Of a stretch of DNA of 64,000 nucleotides, positions 41,004-52,249 are shown one piece after another (position 1 is the first letter of the stretch; every line of letters begins with the position of its first letter). Below the pieces are notes generated by a model, which saw only the letters and a list, made by a program, of their open reading frames with translations, did not search any database and was not told the origin of the DNA. The stretch is from Methanobacteriota archaeon (lineage in GTDB: Archaea > Methanobacteriota > Methanobacteria > Methanobacteriales > Methanobacteriaceae), in assembly GCA_963787255.1 (NCBI GenBank), contig CAWBCJ010000025.1:192001-256000 (forward strand), in the 5' to 3' direction. The position numbers and the translations under genes are program-made.

Positions 41004-42353
41004 ATTCCTACAACTAAAACTGATAAAAAATCTTCCAGACCACTTAGGGAAGTTGAAGTGGCGTATGAAATAGACACATCTAAATGTGAACAATGTAAAG
41101 ATAGACCATGTCTTCAATCTTGTCCAATAGAAGCTGTTCGTGAGATACCTCCAGATAAAAGTATAGAAATTGATGATAGGTGCTTTGGATGTGTACTTTG
41201 TAGAGAAGCTTGTCCATATGATGCTATTGAAATGGAAACAACGTTAGCAGAGCCTATAAGGGAAAATGTGCCAAATATAAATCCAAAACTATGCAGAAGA
41301 TGTGGAGCATGTGTAGATGCGTGCAGAACTGGCGCTATTCAACTTGTATCATCAGGTAGAGAAGAAGCTCACAGTGTAATAGACGAAGAAAAATGTGTTA
41401 AATGTGGATATTGTGCCCGTGTTTGTCCTACTGAAGCAATAAAATATGGGGAAATTCTACCAAGATCTGTAGTTGGTGGAAAAGCAGTTGTTGTTGATCA
41501 AAAGGATTGTATTGGATGTATGACATGTACAAGAGTCTGTCCATCAAAAGGAGCTATTAATGTAGGTAATGTCAGTAAGTTACCATTTATTGATCCTTCA
41601 TACTGTGCAAGATGCGAAGAATGTATGGATGTGTGCCCTTCAGCAGCAATTAAATACTCATCAAGAAAAAGAGCATACCAAAATTTTGGTAAAATAAAAA
41701 CAATGGAAATAGTTTCTGAACTTCTTGAAAAAGAAACAGAAAAACTTGCAAAAGATGCAGGTAAAGTTGATAGTATATTAAACAGAATTTCACGAGATCT
41801 TAGTTATGAAAATGCTGAAGATGAGTTTGAAATTGATGTAACAGACAGATTAAAAGAAGAAATGGAAGATGCAGTTGATGGGGACCTTGAAATAGAAGAT
41901 TTTAAGGATATAATTGAAAGTACTACTCCAAAAAGAGATGTTGCTGTTATTGATGAAAGTTGCATAGGATGTACTGCATGCATGAACGTGTGCCCAACTC
42001 AGTCAATTGAACTTGAAATGCCTTCCCCGGTGCACATTGGTGATACTTGTGTATACTGTGGAAAATGTGTTGAAGCCTGCCCATTTGAATCCATATCTCT
42101 TAAAGAAGAATATTTTGATACATATGATGGGAAAATATTCTATATAAGAAAGAATTTAGAAGGTCCAAGAACTGGAGAAATAGCCATTGACAGCGAAGCA
42201 TGCCAATTATGTGGTGTATGTGTAAATAAATGTCCTGCAGACGCAATGAGTATTGAAGATAATGAAGTTGTTGTTGACACTGAAAAATGTATAGTTTGTG
42301 ATGCATGTGAAGTGACATGTCCAGTTCATGCTGTGAAATTGAAAACAGAATAA
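41004..42353 (+). CDS. ehaQ: Eha polyferredoxin, 10x[4Fe-4S]; start uncertain (ATT 41004 or GTG 41058)
   Basis: Ten ferredoxin Cys motifs; the frame is open upstream of GTG 41058. Confidence 0.85.
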   Translation: MPTTKTDKKSSRPLREVEVAYEIDTSKCEQCKDRPCLQSCPIEAVREIPPDKSIEIDDRCFGCVLCREACPYDAIEMETTLAEPIRENVPNINPKLCRRCGACVDACRTGAIQLVSSGREEAHSVIDEEKCVKCGYCARVCPTEAIKYGEILPRSVVGGKAVVVDQKDCIGCMTCTRVCPSKGAINVGNVSKLPFIDPSYCARCEECMDVCPSAAIKYSSRKRAYQNFGKIKTMEIVSELLEKETEKLAKDAGKVDSILNRISRDLSYENAEDEFEIDVTDRLKEEMEDAVDGDLEIEDFKDIIESTTPKRDVAVIDESCIGCTACMNVCPTQSIELEMPSPVHIGDTCVYCGKCVEACPFESISLKEEYFDTYDGKIFYIRKNLEGPRTGEIAIDSEACQLCGVCVNKCPADAMSIEDNEVVVDTEKCIVCDACEVTCPVHAVKLKTE

Positions 42354-42399
42354 TATTATTATTTTTATTTTTTTTCATTTATTTAGGAGGAATGAGAAG

Positions 42400-43425
42400 T
42401 TGGGCAAAAAGGTTTTTATTTCTGACTGTGAAGGCCCTATATCTATTAATGATAATGCTTTTGAGCTTGCAGGTCATTATATGGAAGATGGTGAAAAATT
42501 TTTCCAAATAATCAGCAAATATGATGATGTTTTAGTTGATGAAGTTAAAAGAGAAGGTTATTATGCAGGTGGCACTTTAAAATTAATAGTTCCATTTTTA
42601 AAGGCATATGGGGCCACAAATGAAGATATAGTAGAATTTTCAAAGGAAAATGTTCTGCTAGTTCATGGTGCAAAAGACACATTACAGTATGTAAAAGAGA
42701 TAATGCCTTCATTTATTGTAAGCACAAGTTACAGTCAATATATTCAAGCTCTATGTGATTTAACTGGCTTTCCATTTGAAAATACATATTCTACACGCCT
42801 TGACATAGATGAGTATTCTATTAGCAATGAAGATAAAGAAAAGTTAATGGAATACAGAAAAACCATAATTGAAAACCCTGATTTTGAAGTTATTGATAAA
42901 ATATTCTGGGATGACATTTTAAAATTGTCTATTCATGAAATTATGAAAAATGTAAATCCGGTAGGTGGCGAAGGGAAAAAAGAAGCGGTTCTTTCAATTA
43001 TCAGTAAATTTAGGTTTGAAAATGAGGATATCATGTATATTGGAGATAGTATAACTGATGTTGAACCTTTAAGATTTGCAAAAGAACAGGGAGGACTTGC
43101 AATTTCATTTAATGGAAATGAATATGCAATAAGAGCTGCAGAAATTGCAATTATGGCAGATAATACAGTTATGATATCAATCATAGCTGACTTATTTAAT
43201 AAATTTGGGAAAGAAGAGGTTATTAATTTCATTAATTCATATAATAATGATCAACAGGGTGCTATTGATAAATATTCAATAGATATTGGCCTTAAAGAAT
43301 TAATAAAACAGGTAAACCTTCCTAGAATCACAATAATTAGAAGTGAAAATTTTGAAAATGTAGTTAGTGAAAGCAAAGCTTTTCGAAATTTAGTAAGGGG
43401 AGAAGCAATAGGCGCTCTTGGATAA
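42400..43425 (+). CDS. ehaR: EhaR, HAD-superfamily-like protein
   Basis: ISDCEGP (motif I-like), [23 protein letters not shown]; TTG start behind AGGAGG. Confidence 0.8.
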   Translation: MGKKVFISDCEGPISINDNAFELAGHYMEDGEKFFQIISKYDDVLVDEVKREGYYAGGTLKLIVPFLKAYGATNEDIVEFSKENVLLVHGAKDTLQYVKEIMPSFIVSTSYSQYIQALCDLTGFPFENTYSTRLDIDEYSISNEDKEKLMEYRKTIIENPDFEVIDKIFWDDILKLSIHEIMKNVNPVGGEGKKEAVLSIISKFRFENEDIMYIGDSITDVEPLRFAKEQGGLAISFNGNEYAIRAAEIAIMADNTVMISIIADLFNKFGKEEVINFINSYNNDQQGAIDKYSIDIGLKELIKQVNLPRITIIRSENFENVVSESKAFRNLVRGEAIGALG

Positions 43426-43459
43426 GACATTTTATAATTTCATTAGGAATGATATAAAA

Positions 43460-44335
43460 ATGGTTGAAATAGAAGATACATATTGCGAAGCCTTTGATGG
43501 AATCTGCTGTAGATTAACTGTAACAGCAGATGATAAAGAAATACTTCAAAGAGCAGCCTATGATGCCACATCAACCCCTGGAACAGTCATAGGACGTGTT
43601 GAAGGTGGAATTGATGGTTGGTTAAGCACAAATGAAACTCCTGATAGGAGAGAAGGAGCAGTTCTTCAGATCTGGTATGAAAAGGAAGATATAGAAAAAT
43701 TTGCAGTGGAACTATCTTACAGAATAAGACAAGATATTCTTGTAAAACCATTTACTGCGGTATTTGATGCTTCTAAGGATCCAGTTGGAAAAATGGACAT
43801 GATGAAAAATGTAGGGCATTGTGGTGATGGATATGAATGGAAAGAAGAACTTTATAACCGCGAAATGATTATTGTTCCTATTGCAATCCCTGATTTCAAA
43901 ATAGAAAGTACTGTTGGATATATGAAAGGGATTATGGGTGCAAATTTTTGGTATATGTGTAAAAGTAAAGAAGCAGTGATGGAAGCGGGAAAAAAAGCAT
44001 TACATGCTATTGGAAAAGTTGAAGGTGCCATAACTCCATTTGATATTTGTTCTGCAGCTTCAAAGCCTGAAACAAATTACCCGTGGATAGGTCCAACAAC
44101 GAACCATCCTTATTGTCCTTCACTTAAAAAAACGCTTGATAAAGAGTCTAAAGTTCCTGATAATGTTAAATACATCCCTGAAATCGTGATAAACAGTCTT
44201 AATTTGGATATAATTAAAGATGCTATGAATGCTGGAATTGAAGCTGTAAGTGATGTAGAGGGTGTAATAAAAGTATCTGCTGGAAATTACGGTGGGCAAT
44301 TAGGGGATCATAAGATTTATTTAAACGATTTATAA
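43460..44335 (+). CDS. ehaS: formylmethanofuran:H4MPT formyltransferase-like protein (EhaS)
   Basis: [43 protein letters not shown]; start ATG 43460. Confidence 0.85.
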   Translation: MVEIEDTYCEAFDGICCRLTVTADDKEILQRAAYDATSTPGTVIGRVEGGIDGWLSTNETPDRREGAVLQIWYEKEDIEKFAVELSYRIRQDILVKPFTAVFDASKDPVGKMDMMKNVGHCGDGYEWKEELYNREMIIVPIAIPDFKIESTVGYMKGIMGANFWYMCKSKEAVMEAGKKALHAIGKVEGAITPFDICSAASKPETNYPWIGPTTNHPYCPSLKKTLDKESKVPDNVKYIPEIVINSLNLDIIKDAMNAGIEAVSDVEGVIKVSAGNYGGQLGDHKIYLNDL

Positions 44336-44350
44336 TTAAAGGTTATATAA

Positions 44351-45262
44351 ATGAAAAAATTAGATGTTGTAGGGTTTGGAGCATTAAATGTTGATAAACT
44401 TTATAATGTGAATAAGATAACACATGAAGATGAAGAAGCCTTTATCACTGATTTTAATCAATTTTGCGGTGGATCTGCAGCAAATACAATTATTGGTCTT
44501 TCAAAACTTGGAATGAAAACAGGATTTATAGGTAAAGTATCTAATGACACTGATGGAAATATTTTACTTAAAAATTTAAAGGACGAAAATGTAAATACTG
44601 ATGGAATTATCATCAATGAATATGGTAGAAGTGGTGAAGTCCTTGGATTTGTAGATAAAGAAGGGCAAAGGGCGTTATATGTAGATCCGGGGGTTAATGA
44701 TTTAATTCAGCCTAAAGAAATTAATTTAGATTATTTGGAAGATTCTAAAATTTTACATCTTACATCCTTTGTTGGAGAATCAATTAAAGCTCAAGAATAT
44801 ATTTTAACTGAAATTCCAGATAATATTACGGTTAGTCTTGATCCTGGTAGAATCTATGCAGAAAGAGGTATGAATTTCCTTAAAAATATTTTAAAGAGAA
44901 CAGATATTATCCTTATTAATGAAGAAGAATTAAAACATTTAACTGGTAATAAATATAATACATATGAAGAAAGGGTTGAAGTACTATTTGAACATGATAT
45001 AAAGATTGTTGTGGTAAAAAGAGGAGATAAAGGTTCTTATATTACGAACGGCATGGAAAGTTATATTATAGGACCAGTTGAAGTTAATTGCATTGATACA
45101 ACGGGTGCAGGAGATGCATTTAATGCCGGGTTCCTTTATGGATTTAATAAAGGAGAAGATATTTATAAATCCGGTCAAATAGGGAACTTCGTCGCATCAT
45201 GTTGTATACAGGAATCAGGGGCAATAAAGGGATTACCAAAAATTAATGAATTAATTGAATGA
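44351..45262 (+). CDS. ehaT: PfkB/ribokinase-family kinase (EhaT)
   Basis: GGSAAN, NEEE, VKRGDKG, DTTGAGDAFNAGF. Confidence 0.85.
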   Translation: MKKLDVVGFGALNVDKLYNVNKITHEDEEAFITDFNQFCGGSAANTIIGLSKLGMKTGFIGKVSNDTDGNILLKNLKDENVNTDGIIINEYGRSGEVLGFVDKEGQRALYVDPGVNDLIQPKEINLDYLEDSKILHLTSFVGESIKAQEYILTEIPDNITVSLDPGRIYAERGMNFLKNILKRTDIILINEEELKHLTGNKYNTYEERVEVLFEHDIKIVVVKRGDKGSYITNGMESYIIGPVEVNCIDTTGAGDAFNAGFLYGFNKGEDIYKSGQIGNFVASCCIQESGAIKGLPKINELIE

Positions 45263-45292
45263 ATGATTTAGTGAAATTCATCTAACCTAAGG

Positions 45293-46057
45293 GTGTATAT
45301 TATGGATATAACATTTAAAAAGGACAAAAAAGTACTGAAAGAGGAAGTTATCCATAAATCTATGGATTTAGAAGACAGTGAATTTAAACCAGAAATCGAA
45401 GAGTGCCAGTTGGAAGGGAAATTTATAACTATTTCTCCAGAGTGTATAAGATGTAATTTATGTGTGGAAGAATGTCCAGTAGATGCAATAGCGGAAGCTA
45501 AATCAACTAAACCGGCTAAAATACTTGAAAACTGTGTGAAATGCGAGATATGCGCTCAAACTTGTCCTGTAAAGAGTATAAATGTCACTGAAAGTACATC
45601 ATATGTCAATGAGGATGATGTCAAATACCGCCTCAGAGATTTAAAAATACCTCATAGAACTTTGAGAATGAAAAACATAGAGATAAATGAGGAAAAATGC
45701 GATTCATGTGCAACGTGTGTTAAGTTTTGTCCTACAGGTGCAATAAAAGTTGAAGATGGGCAAAATGCAGTAGTGGATGTTGATGCATGTGTTGGATGCG
45801 GTGCATGTGTTAGTGTATGTCCAGAGGATGCAGTAGAACTTGAAAGGGAATTAGGTAGGGTTATAAAGACAAAAGAACTTTCAATTGACAAAGATGCATG
45901 TGTTTCGTGCCAGGTTTGTGAGGAAAACTGTCCAGTAGAGGCAATTAAACTTGAAAATGATGAAATAGTATTTTTAGAAGATAAATGTATTTTATGTGAA
46001 GTATGTTCAAATAAATGTCCTGTAGGTGCATTAAAACTTGAGAGGTTGTCCCAATGA
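45293..46057 (+). CDS. polyferredoxin, 6x[4Fe-4S]
   Basis: Six CxxCxxCxxxCP motifs. Confidence 0.92.
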   Translation: MYIMDITFKKDKKVLKEEVIHKSMDLEDSEFKPEIEECQLEGKFITISPECIRCNLCVEECPVDAIAEAKSTKPAKILENCVKCEICAQTCPVKSINVTESTSYVNEDDVKYRLRDLKIPHRTLRMKNIEINEEKCDSCATCVKFCPTGAIKVEDGQNAVVDVDACVGCGACVSVCPEDAVELERELGRVIKTKELSIDKDACVSCQVCEENCPVEAIKLENDEIVFLEDKCILCEVCSNKCPVGALKLERLSQ

Positions 46058-46689
46058 AAGTTAAGGAAATTATGGATAAGGAATATATATACGTATCTCC
46101 GGATCAAGACATTGTAGAAGTATCAATAATAATGGAAAAGCGTAAAAAGTTTACAACACCGGTTGTAGATGATGATAAACGTCTGGTGGGATGGATAACT
46201 TCTCTTGATGTTACGAGGGGATTAAGGGAAGGTCATAAGAAAGTATCTGATATCATGCATTCTAAAGATGATATAGTTCATGTTCATGAAGATGATCCGG
46301 CTAGGTTAGCTGTTTTAGAAACTTCAAAGCACAAAGTAGTTAGTATTCCCGTTTTAGATGATAATGATATTGTAGTTGGAGTTATAAGAACATTTGATAT
46401 AGTAGAAACGCTTTCACATCTCTATGAGATTAAGGTTTACAAGATATTTGAAGCGATGGCCGAAGAACTCAAAGGGGTAAGTTGGGATGAGCTTATGGAA
46501 GCTGCTGCAATTATTACAAGGCGAAGAACTGGGAAAAGAATAAAACCAGAGGAATATGAAAAAAGAATTAGAGAATCAACCTTTGGAGAAGCTATATGGG
46601 CTACTGGTGGCCTTGAAAAGTTTTTTGTGGGTCTTATAGCAATTGGTGAGCTTGTAATCGCAAGAAAGGTTGCTAGAGCTCGGAAATAA
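46054..46689 (+). CDS. CBS-pair protein with C-terminal helical domain
   Basis: KVKEIM, PVVDDDKRLVGWIT, IPVLDDNDIVVGVI; ATGA overlap with the polyferredoxin gene. Confidence 0.9.
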   Translation: MKVKEIMDKEYIYVSPDQDIVEVSIIMEKRKKFTTPVVDDDKRLVGWITSLDVTRGLREGHKKVSDIMHSKDDIVHVHEDDPARLAVLETSKHKVVSIPVLDDNDIVVGVIRTFDIVETLSHLYEIKVYKIFEAMAEELKGVSWDELMEAAAIITRRRTGKRIKPEEYEKRIRESTFGEAIWATGGLEKFFVGLIAIGELVIARKVARARK

Positions 46690-46740
46690 TCTTATTTTAT
46701 TTCCTTTTTTTCTTATTTTCATTTCTTTCTCCTACTTTTA
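46690..46740 (+). terminator. oligo-T archaeal terminator of the eha-CBS transcript
   Basis: Pyrimidine-rich tract with T runs (TTATTTTATTTCCTTTTTTTCTTATTTTC) directly after the stop. Confidence 0.5.
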
Positions 46741-46909
46741 AAAATCCATTTAAATGAATTTAATTAATCATTTAATGCTTTTTTTCAATGGATTTCTCCT
46801 TCTTTCGACAATCTTTAGATATTTTCGAAAAAGCACTATTATAGTAATACTAATATACTTTAAAATATTAATAATATATTATTTGTTTATTAAGATGCTA
46901 GGGGATAAA

Positions 46910-47365
46910 ATGAAAAAACAAAAAAAGATTGTTACATCAGTAACAATTGATCCTGCAATGAAAAAAAAGGCTGATGAACTTCACATAAATTACAGTGAAG
47001 CATTTGAAAAAGGCCTTAAAATTATGTTAACTCTTAAAAACAAGGAATATGGACGAAAAGAAAGTATTGAAGAACAGAGAAAGAAAGTAATGGATTTAAA
47101 AGCTCAAATGAAATTTGGCGAAGACTTATCCGACGCAATTAATGAAATAAAATCAGAATACAGCGATATAATGGCTCCAGGTGAGGATATAAATAACAAC
47201 GAATACATGCTGGAATTAATAAAACTTAAGGCCATGGAGCTTGACATTCCAGATAAGGCTTTAAAACATTTATTTAAATACATGATTCTAGGTAAAACAA
47301 CAAAAAGAGAAATAGAGAAATTTAAAAAGGGCGACATTAATTTATTTATTGAAACTACTGTATAA
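46910..47365 (+). CDS. ribbon-helix-helix (CcdA/CopG-like) DNA-binding protein with C-terminal extension
   Basis: TSVTIDPAMKKKADELHINYSEAFEKGL; start ATG 46910 behind GGGGA. Confidence 0.65.
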   Translation: MKKQKKIVTSVTIDPAMKKKADELHINYSEAFEKGLKIMLTLKNKEYGRKESIEEQRKKVMDLKAQMKFGEDLSDAINEIKSEYSDIMAPGEDINNNEYMLELIKLKAMELDIPDKALKHLFKYMILGKTTKREIEKFKKGDINLFIETTV

Positions 47366-47378
47366 AAAAAAATCTGAA

Positions 47379-48986
47379 CTAACATAATTTAAATTGTATT
47401 GGGGAATTTAATTTCAAAGGTAGTTCCTTTTTATTAATTATTCTGATATTCCCATTTATCTGATTAACAAGAGTAGTTACTATTAAAAAACCTAAGGTAC
47501 CATTATTTTCCAGATTTTTATCATCAGGCATTCCAATTCCATTGTCAATTACTTTAATGATTAATTCATTTTCATTTGAACTCAAATTAATACATATCTC
47601 ATCTTTCAAATTTTTGGACTTCTTGTATTTATATTGCTTATCTGGACTTTCAAATAGATCTGTTGTTGTTTCAAGACATTCAGTGGCAGGACTTACAGAT
47701 AATTCATATATACGTCCAAATATATCATTTAATGGATTTGAAAATTCTTTATTTTCAGGTTAGCAGATTTAGGCTGCTGGAAAAGCATATTTAATGGATT
47801 TGTAATTAATTCATAATAATTAATCCACAGGGAATTGCAGTATCTAAACCCAAAAATAAATCTTCACCTTCAACCTTTAAGTTAATATCATGTGCATCAA
47901 ATGAGTTTAAAAGGTGTAATGCTATCTCTTTTGTATACTCTTTAAAGTTAATTTTTGTGAAATCTTTAGAGCCGTACAATTTTTCATGAACTATGGCCAT
48001 GGATTTAACACGTTCTTGGCTTTCCTTTAAAATACTGATACTATTCTTGTCTTTAACGTATAGGGATTGAAGTCCCAATAAACTGGAAATAATCTGCATA
48101 TTATTTTTTATTCTGTGATGGATTTCCTTTAAAAGAATTTCTTTTTCTTCCAATGACTTTTTTCAGCTTTTTTTCAGCTTTTTTACGTTCTGTAACATCT
48201 CTCCATGCTACTGCAAATCCATCTCCCAATTTAACAGCCCTTATATCAAATGCCTGGAATAATTTTGTCTCTCCAGATACATTCTCGTAAATTAAAGATT
48301 CCTTTAAAAGAGGGTATTCCTGTTTCAACTACTTCAACATATTCATGGAATAATCCTAAATTTTTATTATCCGGAAATATTTCTAAAAGGTTATAACCTA
48401 CCTGTTCTCCATACGTTTTTTGATTTAATTTACATCCAACTTCATTGATATATTCAAATTTGAAATCGATTATCGTATTATTTTCTCTAACTGCAGAAAA
48501 AATAGCAAAAGCATCAAGTAATGTTTCTAAAGATATACGAAATTTCCTTTCATGTTTCTAATAATGCTCTTTCTACTCCTTTACGTTCATTTATGTCAAT
48601 TACAGACATTTTAAAACGATTTTCATTTCTTTTAAAGATTATCGCAATTTGAGTCCAAAAGGAATTTCCATCATTTTTAATTAATTTAAGTTCACAGTAG
48701 CTGATTTAAACCTGTTTTTACAGCATCAGTACATATGCGGCGATATTGATCATGAAATCTCTAGATTAATGAATTTAATAAATTCTTTTTGTATTATATC
48801 TGATTTATCAATGCCTAATAATGCAGCACCTTTAGAATTAACATTTAATGTCATTCCATTTTTATCTAAAATAAAATACCCTGCAGGGGTGAAATCATAG
48901 AAATCATGATAATCTATCTCCAATTCGTTATCTTGGAGACTAATTATATTCTTTTTATGTGATTTTTGTTCATTAATTTTGATCAC
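47379..48986 (-). pseudogene. fragmented PAS-PAS-HisKA_2-HATPase sensor kinase
   Basis: Fragments YDFTPAGYF (PAS), [31 protein letters not shown] (H-box), IPCGLII, DNGIG; many frameshifts and stops. Confidence 0.82.
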
Positions 48987-49014
48987 CTAATCTCTTTAAA
49001 ATCATTAGGTTGTT

Positions 49015-50373
49015 TTATGATCTAATTCCAAAAATAACTTTAATTTCTGACTTTTTATTCTCATTAAATCCAATGGTACCATGCTGCTGTTTTACTAACG
49101 TGCTAACCAATTTAGAGCTTGAATTTTTGGCTTCCATCAGTTCAGGATAGTTATTGTAATTATCATTAATGATAAGAATGAATTTGTTATTATCTAGATG
49201 AAAATCAATGTTTATGCTGCATACATTTTCATTAAAATGAATATTATTAATAGAACTCTTTAAGAGTTCATTTATAATCAATCCATAGGAAAGTGAGGTA
49301 TTTAGATCAAGCATTATATTTTCAATGTTTAAATTGATATCCAATGCATGATTTAAGTTATATGAACCTGTTAAATCTTCAACTAAGCTTTCAACGTATT
49401 GGGCAAAGTCAACAAACGCAAAATCATCTTGAAATATCTCTAAATCATCATTGTTTAATTTATTTTGATTAATTTCTTCTTTAAATTCTATATTTTCTTT
49501 TATGTTTTCTGTATGTTCTAAATTGATTAGCTTAAAAATTTTATTATAATTATTTTGAAGATGACTATTAATTTCTTCTAGAAGCATTTCTTTGTGAATT
49601 AGTGATTCTTTAATTTTATGATGTTTATTTTTATGATGGGAAATATTATAGAAAGTACATAAAGTTCGTTTAGAATCATTATCTTCATCATAAATATTTC
49701 TAATTTCAAATTCTACTGTTAAATTTGATCCATCTTTGCATAACATTGTAAATTCTGTTTTTTGACGGCCAATGTCTTTATAATGGTTCCAATTTTCTTT
49801 AAACTTATGATAATCAGTAGATGCAAGAAAATTACCGAAATATTGGCTAATAACATCTTTTCTTGAGTAACCAAGAGTATCTAGCCATGTTTGATTTATT
49901 TCAGTAATATAACCTTCTTCATTCAGTATTTGGTAGGCTATTGGGGCATTATAGTATAATAATCTGAATTTTTTTTCTTTTTCTTTAAGTTTTAGCTCCA
50001 TTTTGTGTTTATAAAGTGCTATTTCAATAGCATATCTTACTTCCTTCTCATCAAATGGTTTTAAAATATAAGCATAGGGTTCAGTAATTTTCGCGCTTTG
50101 AAGAGTTTTTTCATCTCCAAAGGCGGTAATATAAATTATAGGTATGTCTAAAGTTTTTTTAATTTCTTTTGCTGCTTCTATACCATTTATTTTACCATTT
50201 AATATTATATCCATTAAAATTAAGTCCGGTTTTAGTGCAATGGCTTTTTGAATTGCTTCTTCACCAGATGATGCCATTGATGGAACTTTATATCCTCTAT
50301 TTTTTAATTTATTCTTAAGTTCAATTGCAGTTAGGCCTTCATCTTCTACAATTAGTATTCGGGGAGTAGTCAT
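49015..50373 (-). CDS. REC-PAS protein with degenerate histidine-kinase domains
   Basis: ILIVEDE, DLILMDI, YILKPF; PAS YNAPIAYQ; H-box decayed to EEINSHLQNN; G1 box absent (DNYNNYP). Confidence 0.85.
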   Translation of the reverse strand: MTTPRILIVEDEGLTAIELKNKLKNRGYKVPSMASSGEEAIQKAIALKPDLILMDIILNGKINGIEAAKEIKKTLDIPIIYITAFGDEKTLQSAKITEPYAYILKPFDEKEVRYAIEIALYKHKMELKLKEKEKKFRLLYYNAPIAYQILNEEGYITEINQTWLDTLGYSRKDVISQYFGNFLASTDYHKFKENWNHYKDIGRQKTEFTMLCKDGSNLTVEFEIRNIYDEDNDSKRTLCTFYNISHHKNKHHKIKESLIHKEMLLEEINSHLQNNYNKIFKLINLEHTENIKENIEFKEEINQNKLNNDDLEIFQDDFAFVDFAQYVESLVEDLTGSYNLNHALDINLNIENIMLDLNTSLSYGLIINELLKSSINNIHFNENVCSINIDFHLDNNKFILIINDNYNNYPELMEAKNSSSKLVSTLVKQQHGTIGFNENKKSEIKVIFGIRS

Positions 50374-50745
50374 TTTAAAACCATATATAATTAAATAGTA
50401 CTAATCAGTGTCTTTTTATCTATTTTTGATAGTACTTATTACTTTTGATTACTATAATATTAACTTAATAACTCGAAAATACAGATAATTGGTTCTAATA
50501 CATTAAAGATCAAAATTAATTCCTCTTAAGAAATTTAGAGATAATTAGTTTTAAATTTTATATACAAGTATACTATTTAAAAATACAACAAAAAAATAAT
50601 AATAATAATTAATATGACTTAAATTTTTCAAAGCATTAAATGTGAAAAGTTATTAAACATTATATATCAATAAAAAAAGGAAAAAATACTAAATTTCTAT
50701 CCAAATACACATTAAATTTTAAGATATAAGGTAGGAAGCCAGAAT

Positions 50746-52221
50746 ATGTGTGGAATTGCAGGAATTACTGGAGATAACATCTCAGAAAAACTTTACAAAA
50801 TGCTTATTTCCATAAAACACAGAGGTCCGGATGGATCTGGTGTATTTGTTGATAATAAAGTGATTTATGATAATTTAGACAATCTAAAAGTCCCACAAGG
50901 AAAATTTGGAATGGGACAAAATCTACTTTCTATTGTCGGATGCGAAGGTTCACAGCCTTTAATCCGTGATAACATGGTTTTAGTTTGTAACGGAGAAATA
51001 TATAATTTTAAGGAACTTAAAAAACAATTCAAAGACGAATTTAAATCAGATTCAGACTGTGAAGTAATATTAAATCTCATCATCAGATTCCACAACAGTT
51101 CACTTTTTGAAGCTGTGGAAAAAGCCATAAAATATCTTGATGGAGATTATGCATTTGCAGTGTATGATGGAGAAAACTTTGCAGCTGTTAGAGATATGGT
51201 AGGGGTTAAACCACTTTATTTTGGAGAGGATAAAGATAAAAACATCTTCGCATTTGCCTCAGAAAGGAAAGCAATATGGAAAATTGGTATAAACAACGTT
51301 GAAACTTTGAATCCTGATTCAATGATATATAATGGTAAATTATTAAAATTAAAAGATAACTTAGAAAAAAGAATTAATTTAGAAGCATCAGAAAGTCAAA
51401 AATCTCCATATTTATCCAGAAACGAATTTAAAGAACAACTAAAGAATAATTTAATTAAATCAGTAGAAAAAAGAGTCAGAGGCCTTAAAGAAGTTGGAAT
51501 ACTATTTTCAGCAGGAATAGACAGTACTATTTTAGCAAAAATTACTGACGATCTTGGAATTAAAACTACTCTATATTGTGTAGGACACGAAGATTCAATT
51601 GATATTAAATTTGCTAAGAAAACTGCTCAGAAAATGAATCTTCCTCTAAAAACAAAGATCATTGATTTAATAGATGTTAAAAACTATTTAATTCCCGTAT
51701 TGGACGCAATAGAGGAATTTAACGTCATGAAAATAGGTGTGGGAATGCCAGCATACATTGCATCAGAAATGGCTCATGAAGAAGGTTTAAAAGTCATGTT
51801 ATCAGGTCAGGGTGCAGATGAACTTTTTGCAGGATACAACCGCTATTTAGGATTTTATGAAGAAAAAGGAGAACTTACACAGGAAGATTTAAAAAAAGAC
51901 ATCTTAAATCTGTACCATGTTAACCTTCAGCGTGATGACGCTGTTACAATGGCTAACAGCATTGAATTAAGAGTTCCATATCTTGATCTAGATATTATAA
52001 ATACAGCAATAAATATACCTATGAAATATAAAATAAATGGAAAAACGGATAAATTAAGAAAATGCATCCTTAGAGAAGTAGGTGCAGAACTAGGAATACC
52101 TGCAGAAATTGTGAACAGGCCTAAAAAAGCAGCCCAATACGGTTCGGGTATTCATAAAATGCTTAAAAAAGTTTTAAAGGAAGAGCAATACAAACACCTT
52201 TCGGATAAATATAATTGTTAA
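50746..52221 (+). CDS. asnB: asparagine synthase (glutamine-hydrolysing)
   Basis: MCGIAG, HRGPD, NGEIYN, SAGIDS, SGQGADELFAGY, ELRVPYLD. Confidence 0.93.
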   Translation: MCGIAGITGDNISEKLYKMLISIKHRGPDGSGVFVDNKVIYDNLDNLKVPQGKFGMGQNLLSIVGCEGSQPLIRDNMVLVCNGEIYNFKELKKQFKDEFKSDSDCEVILNLIIRFHNSSLFEAVEKAIKYLDGDYAFAVYDGENFAAVRDMVGVKPLYFGEDKDKNIFAFASERKAIWKIGINNVETLNPDSMIYNGKLLKLKDNLEKRINLEASESQKSPYLSRNEFKEQLKNNLIKSVEKRVRGLKEVGILFSAGIDSTILAKITDDLGIKTTLYCVGHEDSIDIKFAKKTAQKMNLPLKTKIIDLIDVKNYLIPVLDAIEEFNVMKIGVGMPAYIASEMAHEEGLKVMLSGQGADELFAGYNRYLGFYEEKGELTQEDLKKDILNLYHVNLQRDDAVTMANSIELRVPYLDLDIINTAINIPMKYKINGKTDKLRKCILREVGAELGIPAEIVNRPKKAAQYGSGIHKMLKKVLKEEQYKHLSDKYNC

Positions 52222-52249
52222 TATAAATTTTTATAAGGAGTCATTAGTA

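Noticed and set aside
33574-46107. Antisense ORFs within the eha region (e.g. 33574-33996, 39478-39879, 45652-46107)
   Set aside because: They are shadows of well-supported genes on the opposite strand, with no independent signals.
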